Shown here in pieces: positions 52,583-64,000 of a stretch of DNA of 64,000 nucleotides. Position numbers and translations under genes: made by a program. The stretch covers positions 70,742,001 through 70,806,000 of the forward strand of contig OX597825.1 of NCBI GenBank assembly GCA_951406725.2, in the 5' to 3' direction. Each line of letters begins with the position of its first letter. Within the stretch, counting starts at the first letter, position 1. Below the pieces are notes generated by a model. That model was not told where the DNA came from, made no database searches, and was given only the letters and a program-made list of their open reading frames with translations. This stretch comes from Octopus vulgaris (Eukaryota).

Positions 52583-53564
52583 TATACATACATACACACA
52601 TACTTTCATGTGTGCTTGTGTGTGTGTGCATGCGTGGGTGAGTGTGACAATAGTGACATCATAGGAGAGGCTAACCATGATAGAATCCCTAAACATCTCT
52701 ACTAGCAAAAAAAAAAAAAAACATAAAGAAAAAATCAAAAAGAAAAAAAAAAGGACTGCAGCATGTAAAACAATAGATATTATGCATTGTGAATGTTTCA
52801 CCTATATAAGGATGATATTATCATTATTTATATGTTACATGTATGTGCTACATGTGTGTGCTACATGGAACAGCGTTGTTATGAACATATTAACATGTAT
52901 AAGATATGACCAGCATGTAGTTTGTGCAACAGGCTTAATATCAAGACATTGTGTGTGCAAGAGTATTATCAACATGTTATATGCATAAGAGCAATGATAT
53001 CAACATGTAACATGTAGACATGTGATAACATCAACATGGCTGCACATTCATAAAATTCAAACTGTTTACAACAAATCAACCCCAAAAGATTTAAGCTAAA
53101 TTAAAAACATCCATGCCTAATAATTGGGGAAAAAAACTAAACAAAAAACAAATTGAATCAAATCAAATTTTTTCTTAAAAAAATATATATATAGATATAT
53201 AAATAACTAATAAACAATTTTAATTAGTTTCAATTAAAAAAAGTTAATTTTCTTTCAGAAAAATAAACAAATGATGTTTAAAAAAACCAAATGCAGTACA
53301 AAATGTTTGTTATCGACTGAAATGTAAATAACACATCAAAAATACAGGGTGTTTAGCAGACTAGAAATCAAACACCGTTTTGGTGCTTTCATTATTTAAT
53401 GTGAAGTTAAATAGAGAGTTAAATTTCAATCTTTTTAGGGTACTTTTGGGAGGGTACAGTCAATGAGTGCTGCTGTTGTTGATATTGATGCTTAGAATGA
53501 GGTTAACCCTGAGTAGAGCTTGAATGACAGGTTGTTTAAGATATGAACAGCCTGTTATTTTCAA

Positions 53565-53611
<47 letters not shown>

Positions 53612-53670
53612 TCATCATCATCATCATAATCATCATTTAACGTCCATTTTCTGTACTGGCATGGCTTGGA

Positions 53671-53732
<62 letters not shown>

Positions 53733-53734
53733 CC

Positions 53735-53918
53735 ATGATAGATCGTTAGCCAATACACACATTTTTTCTCTCCTTGTTTTTTCTGTGTTCCTTTCTGTAG
53801 AAGAGCGTAGGCTCGAAACGTAAAAGACTTTTTCTATTCCTGAGTGTTATACTAATACATCTGTTTGTTTTGTACACCACCTGTCTTCGTCTTTTGTTTT
53901 TTTCGTAAACTCTCCCTA
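53735..53918 (+). mobile_element. Penelope-like terminal repeat H2 with hammerhead motif (53791-53826)
   Basis: CTTT-CTGTAGA-A-GAGC(gtag)GCTC-GAAACGTA^AAAG, identical to 3803-3838; (TA)n on both sides. Confidence 0.68.
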
Positions 53919-53924
53919 TATATA

Positions 53925-54193
53925 TATGTATGTACATATGTACGTATGTACATACATGCATGCATGCATGGTGGTAGTCTACTCCTTATGCAGAGTTTGA
54001 CCACCTCCTGTACCTACACCTTAGAACCTTCATGGCATCTGATGTAGCTTTTGAAACCAGACAGTGTTTTGAAAAGACACTTGCACAGATTGCATATCCA
54101 ATTTGGACCACCGTGAGGTGCAATTAATTTCTGATCTTTGTGGATCTTAAAATGTTAGCTGAGGCTTCCGTTAGATTTGCAGACCTTCTGACA
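53925..54193 (-). mobile_element. Double-C2H2 LINE 3' end, copy 2
   Basis: KVCKSNGSLS*HFKIHKDQ...ICNLCKCLFKTLSGFKSYIRCHEGSKV*; same UTR and ATGT-type tail as copy 1. Confidence 0.7.
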
Positions 54194-54337
54194 GGCATGG
54201 ATGGATGCATGCATACATACATACTGAGAAAGAGATAGTGAGGCAAATAAACACCCTTGTGGTCAATATACAAAATATGAATACATAAATATAAACATGT
54301 AAATATATATATATAACGATGATGATGATGATGATGA

Positions 54338-54374
<37 letters not shown>

Positions 54375-55582
54375 TATATAGTAAGAAACAAAAGCTGAAA
54401 ATATTCAGATGAACACTGGGGTCTAGGAAGCCAGGAGGCTGCACCAGGCTCCAGTCTGATCCGGCAGTATTTCTACAGCTGGATGCCCTTCCTAATACCG
54501 GCACAGGTGCAAGGGGAGGCTGGCAGTGGCCACGATCGGTCGGTGCATGATAAGGTGCGAGGTGTGATTTAAAAGACATCTGGCTGCGATTGCTAGCTAC
54601 TGGGTCAGTTGAAATGTCACTTCAGTATGATCCAACATGCTTATCTATACAGGTGAAGATTAGAACTGTCACATCAACAGGACCAACATGCTACTAGAAA
54701 TGGAAACAGCTTGCTTGGCAAACATTAACCCAAATCTCTCCCTCCCTCACTCCCCCTTCTCTCTCTCTCCCTTTCTTTCTCCCTCTCTCTCCTCACACAT
54801 TCCGTTTCCTGGGCTGGTAAGAGGGGGGGGGAGCGAGTGTCAAGGTTAACTTCCATCTTTCTTCCCTCACACTTTACAATCATCATACAAGCCTGCTAAA
54901 TAAATAATTGCAAATTAGTAATTAAAAACGAAGGCAATGAATTTAGAATATTCACCAAGAATATTTCCTCCCAGAGTGATGCATGCAAATATGTATGTGT
55001 GTGTGTATGTGTGTGTGCATGTGTGTGTATGTGTGTATGCGTGTGTGTGCATATGTGTGTGTGTGTGCGTGTATGTGTGCGTATTTGTGTGTGTATTTGT
55101 GCGTGTGTGTGTGTATGCGTTTGTGTGTGTGAGCATATGTGTGTGTGTGGATATGTGACTTGTCTACACAATATGTAATTTGGTGGGACAGGAAGGGACA
55201 GGCGGTGACAGGACCGAAGGTTTAATGTATCAGGAGATTTAATAACTTGCACTGTCAGTCATCAGTCAGCTTCCAGCATACCAACAACAGGAATATTCCC
55301 ACAGCACCAAAACAAATTTTTGAGAAATTACTTTCCTTAGGAATGTCTTCAATTTTCCATATTTATTTTTCTCTTTTAAAAGATTTGAAGTATTTTGATT
55401 TATTTTTTTCACTTTTCTGTACATCCGTGTGCACATGCGGATGCTGTGAGCACAACCACCTGACAGACTCCAACAGCTCCTCTTAGCTTTGGCCCTTTGC
55501 TAAAAAGAATGCCCCCACCAACCAGTAAGCCCTCCACCCTAATGGATACATAAACAGTACTCCCATGAAGAAAGTTACTACA

Positions 55583-55874
55583 TTCACGTAAAAGGGCACC
55601 ATTCGAGCGTGATCGTTACCAGCGTCGCCTTACTGGCACCTGTGCCGGTGGAATGTATAAAAAGATTCGAGCGAGGTCATTGCCAGTACCGGTGACACGT
55701 AAAAAGCACCCACTACACTCTGAGTGATTGGTGTTAGGAAGGGCATCCAGCTGTAAAAACTTTGCCAGATCAAGATTGGAGCCTGGTGCAGCCATCTGGT
55801 TCGCCCTCAGTCAAAATCGTTCAACCCATGCTAGCATGGAAAGCGGACGTTAAATGATGATGATGATGATGATG
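55583..55874 (+). mobile_element. Family E (RTE-like 3' UTR)
   Basis: Same units and (GAT)n tail as 28347-28728. Confidence 0.8.
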
Positions 55875-57927
55875 ACTACCCGCTTTGCATCCAGCTCCGT
55901 TTTGCATGTGAAGGATAAACTCCTTCTCCATTAGTCTCACCATGACAAACAATTTACACACCAAATGCAAGAGCATCACTGGCGACTTCAACCCTGCATG
56001 GCAAGGGGCCCTGACAATGTGAGTTTTCTATTACATTTAAGGTATGCCAGAGCTGATCCCCTACATTTGGTAATCTATTCAATCCCTCTCTCTATATCCA
56101 TCTCTCTCCCCCTCTCTCAGAAATATTCACTTTCACACACTTTATCAGACACACTGTCACTCACACACATACCCCCTCTCCCTCTCTCTTGCTCTCTCTG
56201 AAGCAGGGGAGGAGTGTGACTTACCCTAATATTTGAGAAAAATCTAAAAATTTCTACCATTTTCACTCTCACTGCCATATCAATCATCTTCTATCCGAAG
56301 GGTCCCTGGGAAGGTCACAAGCTGTGTAACCCCTTCTTTCTGATTAAGCCATAAACATTAGCAAAAAAAAAAATTTTTTTTTTTTTTTGGAAAAACAAAA
56401 GAAAAAGAAACCAAAACCCCCCAAAAATAACACAAAAACCCTGTCGAAATATTTCAGAATCAAGAAATAACTGCCGGAGCAGCAGCAACAGCAACAGCAG
56501 CAGAAGTGGCATCGGCAGCAGCGCAGCAGCAGCCTGATATGAAAGTTCAAAAGAAATGGAATACATTGAACCTTTACTCAATGACATTTACACATTGACC
56601 AACCAACCAACCAGCCAAGTAGCCAGCCAGCCAGCCAGCCAGCCATCCAGCCAGCCAACCTACTCTATCCTCTTTGCCTTTTTTTTTTTCCTTTTATGGT
56701 TGGTGTTGGCTTGTTTGTTTTTTTTTTGCTAATTTTATTTTTTGTTTTGTTCTTGTTCTTTTTTTTAATTTTTTTTTTCAATCATTGAACTGTGGCCTCC
56801 CTGGGGTTTAAACATCTAAGGGGTTTAAGTAGAACAAATTGATCCTAGTCATATTTGAGGGGGGGGGTGTTTCTAAAGTTGGTTGCTTGCTCTACAGGTT
56901 TCTTTTTTTGCCAAACTGCTAAGTAACAGGGATGTAAACAAACCAACACCAGTTGTTAAGCAGTGAGTGTAGGAAGAAATACACACCAAATGCAAGAGCA
57001 TCACTGGTAACTTCAACCCTGCATGGCAAGGGGCCCTGACAATGTGAGCTTTCCATTACCCTTAAGATATGCCAGAGCGATCTCTTCGGATGTATATGTC
57101 CAAAGGGCTTCTTTCAGTTTTTGTCCACCAAATTCACTTACAATGCCTTGTAAGTGACCTGGGGCTATAGTAGGAGACTTTATACCCAAGGTGTCATTCA
57201 GTAGGAACTGAAGTTGAAGCCATGTGATTACAAAACAAGCTTCGACACACCCCTATCTTTTTCTTTCTTTCTTTCTTTCTTTCTTTCCTTTTCTTATCAC
57301 AGAAATCAGTTTACCTCTGAATGTAAGTATTAAGAGTTAGAGAGAAAAAAGAAAATAAGGCAGTCCTTCGGTATTGATATACAGAGTGTCTGCATATGGA
57401 GACAACATCATTCACCCTCTTTTTCAACCTAGCTGCTTTGCCTATATCTTGAAGGAAGGTTGTGTGGGTAAACGATGTCATCTACCAAAACTGAAGGATT
57501 CTTGGAAATTATCAGTTAGTAAGGAGAAAAACTACTTTGAAAAGTCAGTAGATAAATAATAATTTTCTGTTCTAATAGGTTTTATCCCAAATTGTGCAGA
57601 GTCTATCTGCTTTGTTGATGTTACCAAAATGCTGTTTCAGTCTGCTGTATTGCTTCTTGTGACAGTGGAGCCCTATTACCATTAGCCAGGTTCTAAAGAA
57701 CCTATTCTGCCCCACTAAGTTAGCAAAATTAGATTGATGATGACGAGGCAGAATTATATAGATTTATGCTGTACAGAATTTTCCTGGATGTTCTTTCATT
57801 TACAAACATACATATGTGCATGTGAGAGTATGTGCCCTTTAGCATTTGCTATACATGAAACTCTTGGCCCTTGGAATACTTTTTAAACTTCCTGCCAGTT
57901 AAATGTTCTAAAAAATTTATATATATA

Positions 57928-58091
57928 TAGGCACAGGAGTGGCTGTGTGGTAAGTAGCTTGCTTACCAACCACATGGCTCCAGGTTCAGTCCCACTGCAT
58001 GGCACCTTGGGTAAGTGTCTTCTACTATAGCCTTGGGCCGACCAAAGCCTTGTGAGTGGATTTGGTAGGTGGACACTGAAAGAAGCCCATC

Positions 58092-58125
<34 letters not shown>

Positions 58126-58140
58126 GATGAGCTTCTTTCA

Positions 58141-58177
<37 letters not shown>

Positions 58178-58367
58178 TGTGTATATGTTTATGTGTCTGT
58201 GTTTGTCCCCCCAACATCGCTTGACAACCGATGCTGGTGTGTTTACGTCCCTGTAACTTAACGGTTCAGCAAAAGACACTGATGCTTCCAAAGATTAAGT
58301 CCTGAGGGCGATGCTCAACATGGATGCAGTCAAATGACTGAAACAAGAAGTAAAAGAGTAAAAGAGA

Positions 58368-58370
<3 letters not shown>
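57928..58370 (+). mobile_element. SINE family A with internal fold-back palindrome
   Basis: Full head and tail A1; 58073-58144 is palindromic. Confidence 0.85.
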
Positions 58371-58404
<34 letters not shown>

Positions 58405-58935
58405 CATCATCATCATCAAATTCAACATCATCATCGTTTAACGTCCGCTTTCCATGCTAGCATGGGTTGGACGGTTCAACTGGGGTCCTGGGATAGCCCG
58501 AAGGCTGCACCAGGCCAGTCAGATATGGCAGTATTTCTATAGCTGGATGCCCTTCCTAACGAAGAGCCAACCACTTAGGAAAGGCATCCAGCTGTAGAAA
58601 CACTGCCAGATCTGACTATATATATGACAGGGGAGCAAGATATGTGGTGTATTACTGTACTTGAAAGGACCCACCCACCACGACAAAATTGAGATCCTAA
58701 AATCAAGGTACCATGTGAAAAGCATTGACATGGGTGCTGGTGGCACTTAAAAAGAAGCACCTGTGATGGTGCCACATAAAAGGCATCCAGTTCAATCTTT
58801 GGAGTGGTTGGCATTAGGAAGGGCATCCAACCATCATGGCAAAGCAGCCACTGCAGCTCTATGCAGCTTTCTTGATAACCTGTCCCTGTAAAATTGTCCA
58901 ACCCATGCCAGCATGGAAAAAGGGTCAGTAAATGA

Positions 58936-58966
<31 letters not shown>

Positions 58967-60392
58967 ATACAATGATGATAAACGATGACAACAATAATGA
59001 CGACGATGATGATGATGATGGCAATGATGACAGTAATGATCGTAATGATAATAGCAATGACAACGGTGATGATGATGATGAATGCAAGCAACTGGAACTG
59101 ATACAACATTATGTCTTTTCTTGTCCAGCATCCTAAAAAATTCCCGCCAAATCCCCACCCAGCACTGGTACTTCATTTACTGAACCACTCACCCAACACC
59201 ACCACCACCACCACACTCCCCAGAAGAGAGGAAGAGGCAAAGTTGATGACTTTGATGGGATTTGAAAATGGACGGGGGGGGGCGATCAGGACCCCACCCC
59301 ACCCCGGAACAAATAGACAGAGCAAGTAGGTTCTTTTCAATACTAAAGACTGCCAATCTGATGAAAAAAAATAATAATAAATGAATGAATCAATAGGTAA
59401 ATAAAAATAAAAAATAACTCTTCCAGCCAAAATAACCATTCTCTCCAGAATATCCCTCCACCTACTCATAAATCCCAGAAGATATCTTCTCTCTCTAACT
59501 ATCCGCTTTCCTCCTTCTTCTCCCTCCTCTCTCTCCTCTCTCTCACACATGCATTCTTTCCCTCTTTCCCTCAATACTCTCACACACACACTCTCACTCT
59601 CTCTCTCTCACACATTCTCTCCTTCATATACTCTATCTCCCTCCCACACACACACTCTCTTTTTCCCCACACACATTCTCTCACACTCTCCCTCTCACAC
59701 ACACTCTCTCTCACTTTCTCTTTCACTCTCCTTCACTCACTTTCTCTTTCAGTCACACTCTCTCTCCTTTCCTCCCCAAATCATTCTCCTCACTTCCCCA
59801 CCTCCACCAAAAAAAAATATACATGAAAACGAATAAAAACACACTAAAAGTATGTTTCTGATTTCAAAACAAAAAAAAAAGCAACAATACAAACAACAAA
59901 ACATTGTTTTTGTTTACTGTTGTCTCCTGTAATCTGGACCAAATATGTATTTTTTTTTGTCTGTTGTTCAATTTTCTTCATTTCTATTTTATTTTATTTA
60001 TTTACGCATTTATTTATTTATTTATTTATTTATTCATTTACTTTAACCGAAAGAAGTGGGCAAAAACCAAGAGAATGCCAAAAAGATGAACGGTTGCCAA
60101 AATAATTTTCCCAAACAAAATTGATTTCAATTCAGATAACTTAGAGATTTGCTTTGCTCCCTATCCAACAACAGCAACAACAACAACAACAACAGCAACA
60201 GCAGAATCTTTGATAACAATGCAATTTAAACCAAACATTAGAATACATTACTGTCAATTTAAATACTCTAAACAAACTAGCAGGGAACAAAGGGCAACAT
60301 GGATCCATTCTGATAGAACTGCATGTAAAAACAAATATAATTTAAACATGCTACAGATACATGTGCGTATGTCTGTGTGTAAATATATATAT

Positions 60393-60788
60393 GCAGTGGC
60401 TGCGTGGTGTAAGTAGCTTGCTTACCAACCACATGGTTCTGGATTCAGTCCTACTGAGTGGCACCTTGGGCAAGTGTCTTCTACTATAGTCTCAGACCGA
60501 CCAAAGCCTTGTGAGTGGATGTGGTAGACGGAAACTGAAAGAAGCACGTCGTATATATGTATATGTATATATATGTGTGTGTATGTTTGAGTGTGTGTGT
60601 TTGTCCTCCCAACATCGCTTGACAACCAATGCTGGTGTGTTTACATCCCCGTAACTTAGCAGTTCAGCCAAAGAGACCAATAAAATAAGTACTAGGCTTA
60701 CAAAGAATAAGTCCTGGGGTCAATTTGCTCAACTAAAGGTGGTGCTCCAGCATGGCTGCAGTCAAATGACTGAAACAAGTAAAAGAGT
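60393..60788 (+). mobile_element. SINE family A, full length
   Basis: Head, (TA/TG)n, tail A1. Confidence 0.85.
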
Positions 60789-60799
60789 ATATATATATA

Positions 60800-61010
60800 T
60801 TGTTGCTTGTTTCAATCATTAGACTGTGGCCATGCTGAAGCACTGCCTCAAAGGGTTCTCATTGAAGAAATTACCCTGAGGACTTATTCTTTGTAAGCCT
60901 ACTACTTATTGTATTGATCTCTTTTTGCCTAACCATTAAGTTATGAGGACATAAACGCACCAACATCTGTCAAGTTTTAGTGGGGGAATAAACACAGACT
61001 CAAAGACACG

Positions 61011-61075
<65 letters not shown>

Positions 61076-61587
61076 ACACACTTCATCATCATCATCTAAC
61101 GTCCGTTGTCCATACTGGCATGGGTTGGACTGTCTGATCAGGGCTGGGAAGCTGAAAGGCTGCACCATACTCCAGTCTGTTTTTGCATGGTTTCTACAGC
61201 TGGATGCCCTTCCTAACGCCAACTACTTCAAGAGTGTAGTGGGTGCTTTTACATCCCACCAGCCTGGGTGTCATTTGCATGACACCGGTATCTGCCACGA
61301 CTGGCTTGATGGGTTTTCTTTTCATGCGTGGCATAATGGTAATGGACTCAGTTATTGCTGCTGTGAGGCCCAACACTCAAAGTCCAGTATAATGCCAAAT
61401 GGTCATGGTCCTTGCATTCATGAGGCCCAATGCTCGCAATGGGCTTCTTTCAGTTTCCACCTACCAAATCAACTCACAAGGCTTTGGGCAACCTGAGACA
61501 CTTGCTCAAGGTGTCCCGCAGTTGGACTGAACCCGGAACCATATGTTTGAGAAGCAAGCTTCCTACCACACAGCCACGCCTGTGCCT
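60800..61587 (-). mobile_element. SINE family A split by a family E insertion (about 61083-61435) in its microsatellite
   Basis: Tail A1 reverse complement at 60800-61010, (CA)n, the E element, head reverse complement at 61440-61587. Confidence 0.72.
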
Positions 61588-61870
61588 GTATATATTTTCT
61601 TATATATACACACATACACATACATACACTACACACATGTATACTATATTATATTATATAGTATATCATATTATGTTATCCAATCCTGTGTACACAACTG
61701 AGAAAATATTAAATTTAAGTAGACGGTCACTTAATACTACTTCAATTGCATACACTGGGTTGTTTACTCAACCCTGCGGCTACTCACACCACCAATGAAT
61801 GTGTTATTCACTCTTTCCTATACATCAGGAGGCAACAAATCTCTTCTAGGCACGTGGCTGTCTGCACATA

Positions 61871-61912
61871 GACATCACTGACAAAGCCCAACAATGAAAT
61901 GCATCTGGCGTT
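61871..61912 (+). ncRNA. Degenerate hammerhead-like motif
   Basis: GACATCA-CTGACAA-agcccaacaat-GAAATGCATC^TGGCGTT; 7-bp stem I with wobbles and one mismatch, palindromic ATGCAT stem III; stem II does not pair. Confidence 0.35.
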
Positions 61913-62164
61913 CTCATTAGCTGGTGTCCGGATGGTTTTCATTTCTCTCCAAAATATATATTGTTTTCACACGCAAACTCTGTAAACGACTTTATCTCAG
62001 AAAAAAAACACAGTAAGTTTCCTATCAATGGTGTATATACATTAAAGCCTGCTACTTAGTTTATTGGTCTCTTTTTCTGAACTGCTAAGTTACAGGTGGT
62101 TAAACAAACAACACCAATCATCAACTGTTGGATGAATGGGGGAACACAGACACAAATAGATCAG

Positions 62165-62520
62165 AGCGGCCAACTGGCTTCTGTGCCGGTGGCACGTAAA
62201 AGGGCACCATTCAAACGTGATCGTTACCAACATCACCTTACTAGCACCTGTGCTGGTGACATGTGTAAAAAAATTCGAGCGAGGTCATTGCCAGTACCGC
62301 CTGACTGGCCCCTGTGCCAGTGACACATAAAAAGCACCCACTACACTCTTGAAGTGGTTGGCCTTAGGAAGGGCATCCAGCTGTAGAAACCCTGCCAGAT
62401 CAAGATTGGAACCTGGTGCAGTCATCTGGTTCGCCAGCCCTCAGTCAAAATCGTCCAACCCATGCCAACCCATGCTAGCATGGAAAGATGATGATAAACG
62501 ATGATGATGATGATGATGAT
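62165..62520 (+). mobile_element. Family E inserted between the two halves of a minus-strand family A SINE
   Basis: A tail at 62045-62155 and A head at 62530-62685 flank it. Confidence 0.75.
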
Positions 62521-62929
62521 CTATACACACGACAGGCTTCTTTCAATTTCCGTCCACCAAAAACTACTTACAAGGCTTTGGCTGGCCCTGGTTATAGTGA
62601 GAAGACACTTGCCTAAGGTGCCACACAGTGGGGTTGAATTCAAGATCATGTGGTTACAAAACAAGCTTCTGAACCACACAGCCATGTCTTCATGTTCATT
62701 ATAGAGAATATTTTTGGTAGCATTTGACCATAATTCTACTAAATCAGAACTGACCTTTGGCTAAACAACAATAGTACTGCATATCATGGTGTGTGTAGAT
62801 AAACACAATATGAGGAGATTAAACATTGATGCCAGCAGCTGGATCACAGAAGCACAGCACAGAAACCAGTAGAAGAGGGCAATCCACTTCTGGCTACAGA
62901 TGTGGATAGCCATGAAAGATACTTACAGC

Positions 62930-62951
62930 TGATGATGACAATGATGATGAC

Positions 62952-62989
<38 letters not shown>

Positions 62990-63095
62990 CGATGACGATG
63001 ATGATGATGACGATGATGACGACGATGATGACGATGATGATGACGATGATGATGACGATGACGACGACGACGACGATGACGATGACGATGATGAT
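62930..63095. repeat. (GAT/GAC)n microsatellite
   Basis: Direct reading; source of the poly-S/M/H ORFs. Confidence 0.95.
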
Positions 63096-63422
63096 GTATG
63101 TGTGTGTAAAAGATATACATATATTAAATGGCTAGCATGACTCTTATAATATGTAATAACTGTTTCTAACATAAGTTCAAGGCCTGAAGTTTGGGAGTAG
63201 GTTGTGGGTAGGGGGGTGGGGGATTGCTGATTACATTGACACCAGTAATTGGTGTTCTTGGTTTATCAGCCCAAATGGGGATGCAATGCAAAGTTGACCT
63301 CAGCTGAATAAGAACCCAAGAAATACTACTAAGCAGGTGTTCCACCACTCCTAACAATTCTGTTATTTTGCCACTTTAAACTCATTCTCTCTCTCCCTCT
63401 CTCTCTCACAAACACACACACA

Positions 63423-63710
63423 CATGAAGATGTATGGCCTAGTGGTCAGGGTATTGCGCTCACAGTCACTAGATCACAGGTTCAATTCCTGGGCCAAGTG
63501 GTGCATTGTGTTCTCAAGCGAAACACTTCATTTCACATTAGTCCAGTCTACTCAGCTGCAAATGGGTAACCCTACAACAGATGAGCCTTCCAATCAAGGG
63601 GAATGTTGGCCTGGTCCCCTAGCCAGCTGGGTGGTCTCATTCAAAAGCTAAAACAATGTGAAGCCCATTGTGACCCTCAATATATAACATTCAACAGTGT
63701 GATCAATACC
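63423..63710 (+). mobile_element. Older CORE-like SINE with tail T2
   Basis: 'tggcctagtggtcaggg...ggttcaattcc...acacttcatttcac...tcagctg' followed by 'tagccagctgggtgg...gctaaaacaatgtgaagcccattgtgacc'. Confidence 0.65.
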
Positions 63711-63741
63711 ATGATATATACATATATATTTATTTATAAGA

Positions 63742-63905
63742 GTAGGAGTGGCTGTGTGGTAAGTAGCTTGCTTACGAACTACATGGTTCCGGGTTCAGTC
63801 CCACTGCTTGGCACCTTGGGCAAGTGTCTTCTATTATAGTCCCGGGCGAACCAAAGCCTTATGAGTGGATCTGGTAGACGGAAACTGAAAGAAGCCCATC
63901 ATATA
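63742..63905 (+). mobile_element. SINE family A head (runs into microsatellite at the window end)
   Basis: Consensus-like head and body. Confidence 0.85.
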
Positions 63906-63921
63906 TATGTATATATATATT

Positions 63922-63991
<70 letters not shown>

Positions 63992-64000
63992 TGCGTGTGT

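Noticed and set aside
56458-56598. Possible exon with CAG/GCA repeats (poly-Q or poly-A frame)
   Set aside because: The upstream sequence is A-rich with no polypyrimidine tract, there is no recognisable domain and no partner exon.

Overview
A 64-kb eukaryotic, AT-rich, non-coding window (intronic or intergenic). The repeat content points to a coleoid cephalopod, most likely Octopus; this is inferred from the SINE and microsatellite landscape and was not database-checked. I can support no host protein-coding exon: nearly all listed ORFs are translations of microsatellites or SINEs. The window holds dozens of tRNA-headed SINEs in several modular families (working labels A, C, D, F; tails A1/A2, T1-T4) and 5'-truncated LINE ends (BovB-like RTE, R4/Dong-like RLE, CCHC-knuckle, double-C2H2). 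DNA elements include two internally deleted maT/DD37D Tc1-mariner elements, mariner, hAT and TTAA(piggyBac)-type MITEs, and Helitron remnants. The most notable signal is about 9 minimal hammerhead-ribozyme-like motifs in at least 4 short repeat types, most of which end directly on (TA)n microsatellites. They show stem-I covariation, palindromic (dimer-type) stem III and inverted-terminal structures, as expected of Penelope-like retroelements. All coordinates were counted by eye; repeat boundaries are approximate.
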